A program made the position numbers and the translations under genes. From assembly GCA_951406725.2 (NCBI GenBank), contig OX597830.1, forward strand, positions 63,302,001 through 63,366,000: a stretch of DNA of 64,000 nucleotides, read 5' to 3'. Of this stretch, positions 42,371-55,820 are shown piece by piece. The DNA is from Octopus vulgaris. Lineage: Eukaryota. The notes under the pieces were generated by a model that saw nothing but the letters and a program-made list of their open reading frames with translations, was not told the origin of the DNA and did no database searches. The stretch's first letter is position 1. Each line of letters begins with the position of its first letter.

Positions 42371-43369
42371 TTTTCAGATTACTGAAGGGAGTAATAAATA
42401 AACAGAAACATACAAATTCAAGGTAGTCCCCTCGATAACATTGCAGGGTGTTGTTCAAAAATCCCATTATTCAACCATGACTGCCACACTAGAAAAGTGT
42501 GTGAGTATGAGAGAGTATGTATGTATGTATGCGTATGTGCAGACAAGTGTCTGTCTGTCTATATGTATGTGTGTGTATGCGCATGTCTACTTGTGTGAGT
42601 GTGTATGTGTGTGTGTGAGTGTGTACACATGTATTTCAGACGAGCGTGATTGTGTACAGACGTAGAGTTATATGAGGTTGCAAGTATTGAAATTTAATCA
42701 TCATGAAACAAACAAAAAGAAATAGATAAATAAATAAAACAGAATAAAATAATTCCCATAGAAGTGGGATGGGATATGAGGGTTGGGGGTGGAGGAAGAA
42801 ATTAATTAATTAATAAAAATAAAATGTCAACAGTCTAAGAATATATTTTGTACTATACTGTTGTTATCAACCCACACCAAAATATTGGTTCCTTCCATCC
42901 TTCTCCACCACAGTCTATGGTTTAAAAACCTATCAGTGATGTGGGTGTGTACACATGTGTATTTTCACCACTGTGTCCTCCTGAGGACAATTAAAGCACA
43001 CACTTCACCGACCACATATTTGCAATCACGTTATTTGATGAATTGAACCAGATGATGCTTCTCTTCCTTGTGTTTGTTGGATGGCTGATTTTTTTTTTTT
43101 TGGTTTAAGTATTATTATTATCAGGTTGGCTGGGTGATTAGGATACTTGCTTTGCTAGATTCAATCCCAAAGTGTGGCACTGTGGACAAGGGACTTCTAC
43201 TTTAACCCTGGCCTGTACCTTGTGGGTAACTTTGGGAGGTGGAAACAGTATGGTAGCCCATTGTGTGTGTTTCTTTTATGCCTGTATTTGTCAAACTCAC
43301 CGCCACTTCACAACAAGGATTGGTTTGATTACATTCCTGTAACTTAATGGTTCAGAAAGAGAGAGCAAA

Positions 43370-43700
43370 GAGCCCCTTTGGTATGAATGACCATGGGATT
43401 GCATCTAGAAAGTTCCCCTCCAAGGCTCAAGTTCAGGCAACGTTGTTTGTGGAAGACCAGCAGTCGCCCATGCATATCAGCCTCCCCTCTTCATGCCACC
43501 GATGTTATCCAAGGGAAAGGCAAAGGCAGATACAGTTTGGCACCAATGATGTTGCAACTTATTTCTACGACTGAGTGAACTGGAGCAATGTGAAATAAAG
43601 TGTCTTGCTCAAAAACACAACATACAGCCTGCTTTGAGAATTGAACTCTCAATCTCACAATTATAAGCCCGACACTCTAACCACTGAACCATGTGCCTTC
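43370..43700 (-). mobile_element. tRNA-headed SINE (family D) nested in a family-B SINE
   Basis: Minus strand GAAGGCACATGGTTCAGTGGTTAGAGTG...GAGTTCAATTC...TTGAGCAAGACACTTTATTTCACATTGCTCCAGTTCACTCAG. The host SINE resumes at TCAGCAAAAGAGACC. Related heads at about 11370-11500(-), 24389-24620(+), 52470-52618(-) and 55750(+). Confidence 0.7.
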
Positions 43701-45284
43701 TCAGCAAAAGAGACCAATAGAATACTCACAAAACTTTTTTAAAAAAAGTAAATCTAGGGGTTGATTTGTTTGACTTAAACCTTCAAAGTGGTGCCCCAAC
43801 ATGGCTGCAGTTCAATGGTTTAAGTGATAAAATTTCTCTTCTTTCTTATGACCCACTTCAAGAGCTTTACTTAGATACACTACACTGCAGTCTTGATACA
43901 TTTCACTCGTCTGTGATTTTGTTTCTGTGTGCACTGGATTTCAAGTTGGTTTGATCAGTGATACAGAACTGGATAAGCAAGTTCTGATGGAATGTTTCCT
44001 TCTCTTCATTACTTGATATCTTTGGCCTTAACATTAAAAAAACAAAAAAAAACACTGTCACATCTGGTTAAATCAGCAGCCCTCGCAACATCTTTGTGTG
44101 TACAGTTGTCAGCCTGAAGTCGAGAAATGCTGTGTATGTTGGCAACATTTTATTTCAGACAAATACCATTCAAGAGGAAATCCCCAGCTGGCCTGGGAAC
44201 GGTGCCAACTCATTCAATAAGCTATAGCTAACTTTGGTCACTGAACTATGACAACATTGCCGCAAATATTGTTCACCTTTTCCTCTTCCCCTTTCTCCTG
44301 CTACCTCCCACTATCTTAATTAATTATCCTTTTAAAGACTATCATCTGTTCTTTATCCAAAGCATTAGGTAATTCCTTGCCTTCTAGTAATCTAACATAC
44401 CTTGCAGTTATTATAATTATTTCATTTTTTGTTATTCTTTAAGTGTTCAAAGTCCTGCTGAATGAAGCAAGGCCTAGCTGAATATTAGTAGACTAAGTTG
44501 GTGCAGTCATGTTGCATGGTGAGAGGATTTAACTGAGCAAATTTCTTGGTGGTAGCTGTGGTCAAGTTTGCTTTGCAACCATGCAGTTCTGAGTTTGATT
44601 CCACTGTGTGGTACATCGGGTAAGTATATTTGACCATAGCCCTAATGTGATAAACACTGTTCTACTCTGGCTCATTTGCTTTTATACTTTATTCCTCTCT
44701 ACTCCTCATCTCCTAGCATAAAGTTTACCCCACCTCCCTTGAGGTTTGTAGTCTTGCAAGCTGCATGGCAATCTTACTAATGCTGGTGTCATGAAAAAAC
44801 AAACAAACAAAAACTCATTCAGTACATGCTGGTTGGCAGCTGACATTAGAAGGGCATCGACCTGGAAAACCCATGCCAAACAGACACTGGAGCATGATGC
44901 AGTCCTTGGGTTCATTGGATGCTGTCAAGTTATCCAACTCATGCCAGCAGGGAACATGGACACTAAATGATGAAACTGGGGAAGGACCTGTCATATATTG
45001 GTGTAGATTATAAACATTGACAAAACCACCCCTCACAAAAAGTCTTTTGAGATATTTGTCCCACATTATATTAGACATTCTCTTATGACACTTGTCATTG
45101 AAAATGCAATGGGGATATGATTGTTTGACTGGAAATCTGTGTAACCAATGATGTTGTTCACAGACTGTGATATAAAGTAAATAAATAAGTGATATATTCA
45201 TTTAAGGCATGACTGTATTGTAAGAAGCCAGTTTCCCAACCATAGGGTCTTGAATTTAGTCCCAATCTGCAGTACCTTGGGCAA

Positions 45285-45317
<33 letters not shown>

Positions 45318-45526
45318 CAGGTCAAAAAGAAAGAAAAATAAGCTGCAGTGGAAATGGTGTTGGTGATCAGAACATAGAAGTATGACAAAATTCTTTGAGA
45401 ATTCATAATAGAATATCATTAAGAAAGGAATGAAAAAGTAATGGTTTCCATGTGTTCTTAAATGGCTAAATGCATTTTGAAATCACTTCCACAAATTGTT
45501 ATACATATGTCTATGTCTGTGAATGC

Positions 45527-45565
<39 letters not shown>

Positions 45566-45585
45566 AAGCGAAATAATTTGGATGT

Positions 45586-46012
45586 GTTAGATAATACTAC
45601 CTTACAAGGTAGTGGGTAGAGATTTTCTTCACTACTTCAGGGAGTGATGACCCTGCCTGACACGAGTCCTGGGCTCAGCTGGCTCCAGCTGACAGTACCT
45701 GGTATGGGCCCCTATCCAGGGTTACAGAAAAGAGACAACCTTCAAAGGAATCTGGAGTGGAGCCCCGTAGGCAGCTTAGTGTTCGACTCGACACTCTTTG
45801 GCAGCTCCGGCAACCAAGCTGGTGCCAAACGCAATACTCTGCACTCCTTTGGGCTACATCAGCAAGATTGAGAGAGGAATCCTGATGATTAGGCCACCCA
45901 GGATTTTCTTACATCTAGCCCAGGCCTGCGCAAAACTGGAGTAAAAACCAGACTGGATTATTTTATGCGCAACTCTATTGTCTCCCGAGACAAAAGGATG
46001 CCAACAACAAGA
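45586..46012 (+). mobile_element. GC-rich interspersed element, probably a non-autonomous retroelement
   Basis: Sharp GC-rich block ending ...GAGACAAAAGGATGCC(AAC)n; family not assigned. Confidence 0.4.
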
Positions 46013-47355
46013 AAGAGAGAAGTCAATACATTTGTAGAGTAAAGATTTATTTGAAATTGGAGAGTTGAACACTTCACAGTGACCAGTGTATTCATCCCAG
46101 TATGGAAATCCTCAAAAACATGCACACTTTACACCTATCACTACAATTTATAAGTGTGTGTATGTAAAAGCTATCGCCGAGTGGTTAGGGTGTTGTACAG
46201 ACGATTACTAGATCATGGGTTCAATTCCCATGCTTCCTGGTAGTAGTGTATTGTGTTCTTCAGCAGAACACTTCATTTCATGTTGCTCTAGTGGGTGGGA
46301 GAGTACCAGAATTGTTGGCACACTGGCAGAAATGTTTTACAATATATCTTCTGGTTCTCAACATTCTCAGTTCAAATCCTGCTTGCCTGGAGAAAGCAAT
46401 GGGAAACCACTCCAGTATTAATCCCAAATCCAGTCATGGATGGCCACAGTTCCTATCGTCTATTTAATGCTGATGGGGGTAGTGTTGGAGAAGGTTAACA
46501 AGCACAGGACCTGCCAAAGGTCCATTAGACTATACATACATATATATATATATATTCCTTTATTGCCCACAGAGGTCTAAACACAGGGGACAAACAAAGG
46601 GGACAAACAAAAGGATTAAGTCGATTACATTGACCACAGTGCATAACTGGTACTTATTTAACTGATGAAAGGCAAAGTTGGCCTCAGCAGAGTTTGAACT
46701 CAGAACATAACGGCAGACGAAATACTGCTGAGCATTTCGCCCTATCTATCTATCTGTATATATCTATATATATATAGAGAGATAGATAGATAGATAGATA
46801 TATAGATAGATAGATAGATACACATACTCAAGTAAAATCTCAGCATGAGTGGGTGAATGAAACCTTTACATTTACGACTAATCTACTCCTCACTCACCAT
46901 TTGCAAGTCGAGATCAAATCATGCATTCTTTCACAATAAACATATAGGGTGGTGCGGGACAATGGGTTAATTTTTTCCAAAATTTCAAAAATAAAGTCAT
47001 GATTCTGATAAGCACTTCCGATGAATTGGGAGGCAATTTTGAATGGTTGTTTCATACATACATTACAACTACTGTAAAAATCTGGAATTTCAATATTTGC
47101 TGGGGCATAACAAGTCACCCACAAATGGAGCGAAACACAGCAGTATTTGAATGAAAAATATGACAAATAGTGAGTGAATGGTGAAAACAGTCAATAAAGA
47201 AACATATGAGAGACATCCAAAATTAAATAGACTTAATCTTCATTAAATTTAAAAAAAACCCAAAAAACGAAAAAAAAATCTTTTTTTACACAACTGTCAC
47301 TTTGAAGGTTAAATTAATCATGAAAAAGTCCTCTATTTGGCACATGGAGTCCAGA

Positions 47356-47705
47356 TTAAGATGGACACTTCTCACAGAAGAACTCTTTGGTTAAACCTCT
47401 TTTCCTTTTGGAATACAGTTAGGGCAAACAATCATCACAAAGGTCACACAGCAACCAGACTTCATTCATCCTGCCTTTGTATCTGCTCTAGAATCTCTTG
47501 CAAATGGAGCACAGTATCCTCTTACTTCAAATCATCTGCACTAACATGGTCACCATTATTGTTGTCACACTTTGCATTATCTACTTTCTGTCATTTTGGA
47601 GCAAGTGACCCTCCTTCCTTTCCACTCGTAGACTTTTGTTGCATCTTTGGTGCATTTTTTTGTTGCACATTCTTCTCTTTTCCTTTTGCAATCACCTTAC
47701 TGCCT
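47356..47705 (-). pseudogene. Decayed coding fragment: Lys-rich linker plus PHD-like Cys finger, probably a transposase C-terminus
   Basis: Manual translation across stops and frameshifts: KVIAKGKEKNVQQKNAPK...CSICKRF*SRYKGRMNEVWLLCDLCDD / VCPNCIPKGKEV / KEFFCEKCPS*. Confidence 0.55.
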
Positions 47706-48887
47706 CTTCATTCTGTGTAAATATCAATAATTACATGAAGCATTGCTGCTAGAACACTTCCAGATACTGGCATATATTTATATTAGGGTGTAGAAGACTT
47801 CTTTAATTCTTCTTTTCTTCTATTTATAGAATCCAGTGTGCTGTATCTTAAGTGACCTATTATGCCCAACCCCACAAACTGACAAGAGACCCATCATGCC
47901 GCACTTTCAAATTTCCTTGAATTTCAAAATTTCCAAGGATATTTCTTTTATCCAGCATAACATAGACAAAGAAGATACACTGAATATACTTCTAGCACAA
48001 AAAATCCAAATCTGTAGTACTACTTCTTGTAGCACTGCAAAATTGGTTGGTCTAGAGACTGAAGTCTGTGATCCAGAATGTGGAAACAGAAGAAAGGGAG
48101 TCACCAGGAAGAATACAACCGGTTTCTTCCATTTACTCCCTGGTAACATTTTGAAAGTTTCGAAAGACACAGGCTATGTGGTTGGAAAGTTTGCTTCTTG
48201 ACCACATGGTTTTGGGGTCAGTCCCAGAGCATGGAATCTCAGGCAAGTATTTTCTACCTGTAGTCCTAGTTCAACCAAAGTCTTGAGTGGATTTGATAAA
48301 CTGAAAGTAAAAGAAGCATATAGTGTGTGTGTGTGTGAATGTGAATGTGTGCTAGTTGTAAATGTGTGTCTTCTTCATACCAGCTGTTCTTTGCTCCCAA
48401 TCTTCCTTGAAAACATGTCTGGACTTGGGGAAATATTATCTTGGAAACAAGTGATGGTTGCTGACAGGAAAGGCATCCAGCTGGAGACAATCTGCCCCAA
48501 CAAATTCTGTCCGACCCATGCAAGCATGGGAAAGTGGATATTTAAACAATGATGACGAAGATGAGATGATATCCAGTGATGTGAAGCAACAATTCCACCA
48601 CAATAAAACAAACAAGGAAAAGGAAATTTCAAATACTGTTTTTTAAACTTTAATATTATAATCATTTCAAAGGTGGCGAGCTGGCAGAATTGTCTGTGTT
48701 GGGCAAAATGCTAAATGATATTTCTTCCACTCTTTATATTCTGAGTTCAAATTCTGGTGAGGTCAACTTAGACTTTCAGTTATTCGGGGTCAATAAAATA
48801 AGTACCAGTGGAACACTGGGATTGATGTAATTGACTGCCCCGCCTCCCCCGGGAAATTTTAGGCCTTATGCTTAGAGTAGAATGAAT

Positions 48888-49185
48888 ATTATTACATCCG
48901 CCCTAGCGAAGGTGGAGGTATTGTTTTTAGTCATGTTTGTTTGTTTGTTTGCCCTGGATGGATTCAGATGAAACTTTCAGGGATGTTTGACCTCGTGACT
49001 AGCATGAACTGATTAGGCTTTGGGATCAATCTGGTACTGGACAAGGATTCTGGATTATTTTTTCTGTTTTTTTACTTAATTTTTGAGAGCAGTCAGGTTC
49101 ATGTTTAGTATTCTTGTTTGTGAAAGCAGTCGAGTTTATTTCAGATTTTCTCATTTTAAAAACTAGCGCTCTGTGAGTGCTCTTG
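48888..49185 (+). mobile_element. Non-autonomous element with DINE-1/HINE-like (Helentron-associated) or Crypton-like architecture
   Basis: 5' short inverted repeat TACATCCGCC-CTAGCGAA-GGTGGAGGTA, a (GTTT)n microsatellite, GATGGATTCAGATGAAACTT, and 3' hairpin GCGCTCTGTGAGTGC. It sits in the (ATT)n tail of a family-A SINE. Confidence 0.55.
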
Positions 49186-50140
49186 TTATTACTATTATCG
49201 TTTGAAGGCAGAATTTTTAGCACAACGGACAAAATTCTAAGTGGCATTTATTTCAGCTCTTTACATTCTGAATATAAACACTACTGAAGTCAACTTTACT
49301 TTTCATCCTTTCAGGGTCAGTAACATTAAGTACCATAGACTTCCCCAACTCCTCAAAATTGCTGGTATAGGTATATCCCTATTATTACTAAGTTCAAATA
49401 AAGTAACAATAATATTGCATAAACCAATGTTAATCCATTTACTTTTTATCTTTTACTTATTTCAGTCATTAGACTGTGGCCATGCTAGGGCACTGTCTCG
49501 AAGAATTTTAGTCGAATAAATGAACCTCAGTACTTATTTTTTTAAAGTCTGGTACATATTCTATTGGTCTCTCTTCTTGAACTGCTAGGTTACAGGGATG
49601 TAAATACACACATACACATTTATCTATATGAGAGGTATCTTTCAGTTACTGTCTACCAAATCTACTCATAAGGCTTTAGTCGGCCCAAGGTTATAGAAGA
49701 CACTTGCCCAGGATGGCACACAGTGGGACTGACCCCAGAACCATGTGGTTGGGATGCAAACTACTTAGTACACGGCCACGCTTGCACTTATATATGAACT
49801 AATGATGAAGCGATACCAGAACTAAACCTGGTCATCTTCTGAATTAGATAACTTCATTAGCAGCATAGTAATTAAGAAGTATATACAACATAGGTCATTA
49901 AATCTGAAGTGGTGGAAAGAAAAAGGATTTGTATAGTTTTTTTTTACAAAATAGGCAGACTTCAAATTTTCTCAATTTGAGATTTAAAAAAAAATATATA
50001 TTAAAAAAGATAAAAATAAATAATTACAAAAAAAGAAGCAGCAAATTTGCTACCTGGGTAAATAAAATTTACCACTGGGTGGTTTGGGAAAAGGTGCTAG
50101 ATTTATCCCAGTTTAGGAACCCCTGCATAAGGTGATTTTT

Positions 50141-50421
50141 GAGAGAGAGAGAGAGGGGGGGGAGACAAAGAGTTAGAAGAAAGAGAGGAGAGAGAGAAAA
50201 GAGAGGGAGGGAGAAGAGAGAGTGAGGTAGGAGAGAGAGAGGACTGAAGAGGGCATGAGAGGAAAGGGAAGGCAAAAAGGAAGGAGGGAGAGAGGGAGAA
50301 AGAAGAGAGAGGACTGAAGAGGAAGGGAGAGGAAAGAGAGGGCAAAAGGGAGGAGGGAAGGGGGGAGAGAGAAGAGGAGAGAGAAGGGAGGGAGAGAGAG
50401 AGAGAGAGAGAGAGAGGGAGA
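50141..50421. repeat. Polypurine tract with an internal ~70-bp duplication (GAGAGAGGACTGAAGAGG...GGCAAAA)
   Basis: Direct inspection. Confidence 0.9.
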
Positions 50422-53400
50422 CTAGGGTTATTACTGCACTGCTTTAGTAGCCACGGAACAATTGTGTCTCTCAAGTCCAGATAACCCATCGAGCAAATGA
50501 GCAAATACCTCTGAATACCCGACTGATTAGATATGCAAATAGTGTAATATTTGAGGAAGTCGAGTGGATGAAACAATTATTTTCTTCATTATCTTGGAAA
50601 ATAAAGACATCATACTTAATTTCCCTCCCCCACCTCCCCCAATCAATAAAGCTAGAGATGAATATCGCATCTCTACTTCACAGTTGACATTAGTAGTGGC
50701 ATTACTACAGTACAAAGAGCTTATGCTTGTTCTGCTAGAAATAACAGCCTATCTCCTTCAAAAACCACACCCAGCTGTCTCAAGAAATTTAAAAAAGGTC
50801 ACATTGGACAGTGTAGTCCTTCATACACTGTCTAAAAATAAAATGGAATTGTCATGGCTAGGAACATGTTTGCTCATAAGTCTTCTGAATCAGGACTAAT
50901 TTAGGACTAAAATAAAACAAGCCCGGGGGGGGGGGGTTCACTCAGAAAGCAAGGGGTCCCTTATGAAATTGCTAGACTTGCTAAAAATTTCGGGTGAATT
51001 AATATATTTCTCATGCTAAAAATACTGCTGTCTCGGAAAAGGAAGGCCATTTTGAATAATGCAGTCTTGGATATAATATGTCTGGAGGTGGGGGGGGAGA
51101 GAACGAAGTAGGAGTTGGTCAAGGATGGATTGCCTTTGATCCTACAAGGTCTGTTCAGTAAGGGGCGCACCCATGTATATACAGATGTCATAAGTACATT
51201 TGCATCTAAAACAACTATGCAAAAAATATATATATAAATTTCCAGAACCATCTGATCTATACCGACAGAAGTAAAAATGCATAAGAAGAAGCAAAAAACT
51301 AACCAAAACAAAAATAAAAAGACAAAAGAAAATTAAATCAAATAAAGGCCTCTTTCCTTCTTCGGCGACAGAGTCTGCTAAGAGATGTATGAATGAAACA
51401 ATCCATACTTTTTACAGAACAATCATCGATATACAACAAAAATAAAAAGCAAACCCTTGTAAAACAAAATAAAAATAACCAAATACACAAACAACATAAA
51501 AGAGAGTATTTCCTACCTCATGATTGAATATTTCATTAACGTTTATACTTATTAATTTTTTTTTTCCTTTTCCTCTTTTCTTTTTTTTTTTTTTGCTTTG
51601 CTTCACATGTAATCTCTGCTGCTAGGATTTATAATGGAAGACAGAACTAAACGGTACGGAACTGTGATGTAGTTGTACTAATAATAGTAGTAGTAGTAGT
51701 AGAAGAAGACTGTATCTGGAATTGGTTATCTCCCTCCTTTTCTTCAGATGTTGGTGTTGGGATTGCTCCAAGACGAAACTCACTTACTAATACGGTGGAA
51801 CAATAAAGACACACATCCAAGGCAATGCGATATGAGCAATTTTTGCTGACATGTGGCGCTTTCGGCAACTGTCGGTCAACATTTGATGGCACAAATGTCT
51901 GGCTGTTAGAGGAGACCTCTCACCAATCAGGGACAACAACAACAATCACTACTATTGCCAAGTATGAAATGGCAGTGTAACACATTTACATAAATATATA
52001 AATACATACATATACATGTGTATATAAGGCATGGCTGTGTGGTTAAGAAGTTTGCTGTGCAACCAGGTGGTTTTAGGTTCAGTTCTGTTGTGCAGCACCA
52101 GTCTTCTTCTATTGGTCTAGGCTGACCAATGCCTTGTGAGTGAAAGAAACTGCATAAAACCCTACTGTGTGTGCGTGTGAATGAATATCGATATTTTGCT
52201 CGTCACCAGTGATGCTAATATTGGCATCCCCTGTTGACAATATAACTGGTGTCTCTGAACATTGGAATAAAAAAAGTACCTTGCAAGAGTAACAAGTGAG
52301 GGCTGGTGACAAGAAGAGCATCCAGTTAGACAAATCTTGATTCAAACTCAATTCTTGTCCAAGCCACTGACAAGTCCCTTAACCCTCTGGGGGTTGATGG
52401 GGTGCCACAGCCATGCAGAATATCTAAGGTGAGAAAGCCTAGTGGCGCTCATCCCTCTCCAGGCTAAACTCATTTTTACAGCTGAGTGGATTGGAGCAAC
52501 GTGAAATGAAGTGTTTTGCTCAAGAATACAACATACAACACATCACCTGGTCCAAGAATCGAAACCACAATCTTATGATCATGAGTCCAACACCCTAACC
52601 ACTAAGTCATGTGCTTCCATGTCCAAGCCATGCCAGCACGGAAAAATGGACATTAAATGAACAAATGAACATATAATGCTTCCTAAGTCTCAAGGACATT
52701 CTAAGAACTTGTATGAGCTCCAGTTTCAAAGCATGAAGTGAATACAAGATAAATATCCCAATGGGTAGGAAGCTCATATCATCTGACCCAGTACTTGTAC
52801 CTGACAGATGAACAACATACCTGTCAATCTTTGCACAGTCAGCTGACCAGCTAGAGATCTCCTTCAAATCATACCCTACTGCCTGAGAAGAACACTGGCT
52901 GATGTCTGGTGTATGTTATAACTGAGAGAACAAAAAGTTAAATGATCATTGCTTGGGAGCTTCAGATCATACGATTAACCGATTAATGTTCATTTGGTGA
53001 TAATAACAATGTAACAGCTTACACATAGCATATAAGGAACATGTTAGGATTCCTGCTCACCCTTGCCAACTTTGGTGTAAGCAGAGGCAAAATTGCTGAC
53101 TAGATGTAATATCAGACCACCTAGTGATGAGTGCAAGGTCAAGCTGAGGCATTTTGGGTGTGTATGAAGGTAAATCATTTAACTTCACACCATTAATATA
53201 TCCAGCAAAATAATAGATTGTACAAATACTCCCCGCCATACACGAAACGTTTTATACTGGGAAACTTGTTTATCTTTACTAGATACCTTTCAAGTCTACA
53301 AAGGAGCTTCTACTTGCTAGAAATAGCAACAATTTTCATATTAATGTCTTCAAAAAGAAAGACACATGTGGATAATGTAGTTTTGGATACAATGTGTCTG

Positions 53401-54820
53401 AAAGAATATATGGTTAGAATACCACTGACCACATATTCTATATTTTTGTATGCTGGCATCATGTAAAAAGCATTTGTGTTGGTGGCACATAAAAAGCACC
53501 CAGGACATTCTAAAAAGTGATTGGCATTAGGAAGGGCACCCAACCATAGAAATTATGCTAAAATAGACAATTGGAGCTTGGGCAGCTCTTTGGCTGGCCA
53601 TCTTCTGTCAAACTGTCCTACCCATGCCTGCAAGATCAGGGCTGACCTGGGCTAATATGCAAGAAATGTTCCTTTAGCCTGCCATCAACAAATATTTTAG
53701 GACAGTTTATTTTCACTATTTATCATCTCTACACAACAAATCGGTGGTATGTTGCAACAAAGCAGGCTCTGTAATGTGGTTTCAATTCCTACTTGAAGCC
53801 AACTAACTTAACTCTCTTCTTATACTGTTCAAGTTAAGATAGTTGACAGAGATCACTTTTCACACACACATGGAACATGGCAAAAATAAAACCAAAAACA
53901 CAACCTTCAGCAATGTGATAGAGCCTCCTTCATTATTGTCCCTCAGTTACTATATAAAGAACGATCACATTACAGTATTTAAGCAAGAAATGCAATAGGG
54001 AATCAACAAAGTATATTTTCCCTACATTATTTAAACTTCCAAGGCTCAAGCTGGACGGCACCTCTCAATTGCAATATTTTCTTTACATTCTGTTTGAATC
54101 CTAATGTGTTGTTGTAAAACAAATCTCTGATTCAATCTCATGAGGTAAAACTGCAGTTCAAGACAGGCTAAGAGATGTATTAGTAGAAGCCAGTGCCCAT
54201 AGTTTTGTATAACCAAATATAAAGACCCAGTGTTCAGTAATACAACAGTGTTAGTGATGATTTCTCACTTTGGCACAAGGTTACAAATCTGTTTTGCTTA
54301 ATTTTATTGATCCTGAAAGGACCAACATGGCCTTTCATACTGAAAGGATGAAGGGCAATATTGACTTTGGCAGAGGATATGAAATCAGAACAGAAGGAGC
54401 TGGAAGAGAAATGCCATTAAGCATTTTGTCCAATGCTGCTAGCTCACTGCCTTAATAATGTAATAGAATAATTCTAGTAAAGAATCACGATATATCCTAA
54501 ACTAGAGAATCAGTAAACAGTTGTATTTCTCCATTTCGGCTGAGATTGTATGACTATACCCGTAAAGATGTTACGACATGGCATCTTTTCGTGTATCATA
54601 ACACTCTGTTTTAGCAATGATATCACATAATCTCATTAGCTCACCCCAGTGTCTTTCTTAGTTTAACAACCATAAGTAGCTAACTGCTTCCATCCCTCTC
54701 CCCACCTGCCACCCTTCCATACAGCAGCCTGATATTTAGCAGAGAGATCATTTGAAGAAGCTGATTTTGAGATTGCACCTTTAACTCACCAACCAGGATT
54801 AGTGTGATTGTCTATATTAC

Positions 54821-54824
<4 letters not shown>

Positions 54825-54908
<84 letters not shown>
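54825..54908. repeat. (GA)n microsatellite
   Basis: Direct inspection. Confidence 0.95.
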
Positions 54909-55047
54909 ATTAAAAGTACAGTAGAGAAGTATAAAGTAGAATACAGCAGACCATCAATCATGAAGCCAGAGAAACTGAAGCCATTTGCAGCAGTAACAAG
55001 AAATTATTATTCAGTAAAATGTTCTATGAAGCACAATGAATGTGAAG

Positions 55048-55269
55048 TTAACCCTTTTGGTACCAACCACCTGATACAGTCCCGGGTTCTAAGATACAAA
55101 TTCTCAGTTTTAAAGTGATCTAAATTTAAACCTTACAATAAAATTTCATGTTAATTTATATTTCAAATACTTAGTAATGATAAAGTTATTTCAGTAAATT
55201 CTTCATTATTTTTAAATGATTGAAACAAAACCAGTGTATTTCAACAGGAGTAAGGTAACAAAGGGGTAA
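55048..55269. mobile_element. piggyBac-type (TTAA) MITE, second family
   Basis: TTAA-CCCTTTTGGTACC ... GGTAACAAAGGGG-TAA. Relatives at about 26717-26947, 57969-58174 and 58220-58426. Confidence 0.65.
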
Positions 55270-55820
55270 TCATGTAGTCATAAGTTCTAATCTGACTACA
55301 GAAACTGCGCTATGCCCTTCCTTGGTTCTACTGTGTCGCTGATGAATAAAAAAAATTTTTTTACAAAAAAGAGTTCAAGGAAACAAGGGGGAGGGGCATC
55401 TGCTTCAGAAAAAATTATAAGGTTTCTGAGTTTGGATAAGTCTATCTGCTGTGGAACGAAGAATCTAATGGTTTGAGACTGACCCCTTTTCTCTGAGTGA
55501 AATGAATTTCAACTGACAAAGAAATTTATTCAAATTTATTAAACTTTATTTTAATAACAGAAAAAGCATTCAGCTTTAAAAGTAGAAACTAAACCCAAAC
55601 AGACTGGAACCTGGTGCAGCACTCTACCTTTCCAGCTCCAGTCAAACCATCTAACCCATGCCAGTATGGGAAATGGATACTAAATGATGATGATGATGTC
55701 GGCACACACACACACAAATAAATATATATACATACATATATAGATGTGTGAAGGCACATGGCTTAGTTGTTAGGGTGACGTACACATGATTGCAGGATCA
55801 TGGTTTTGATTCCCAGATTG

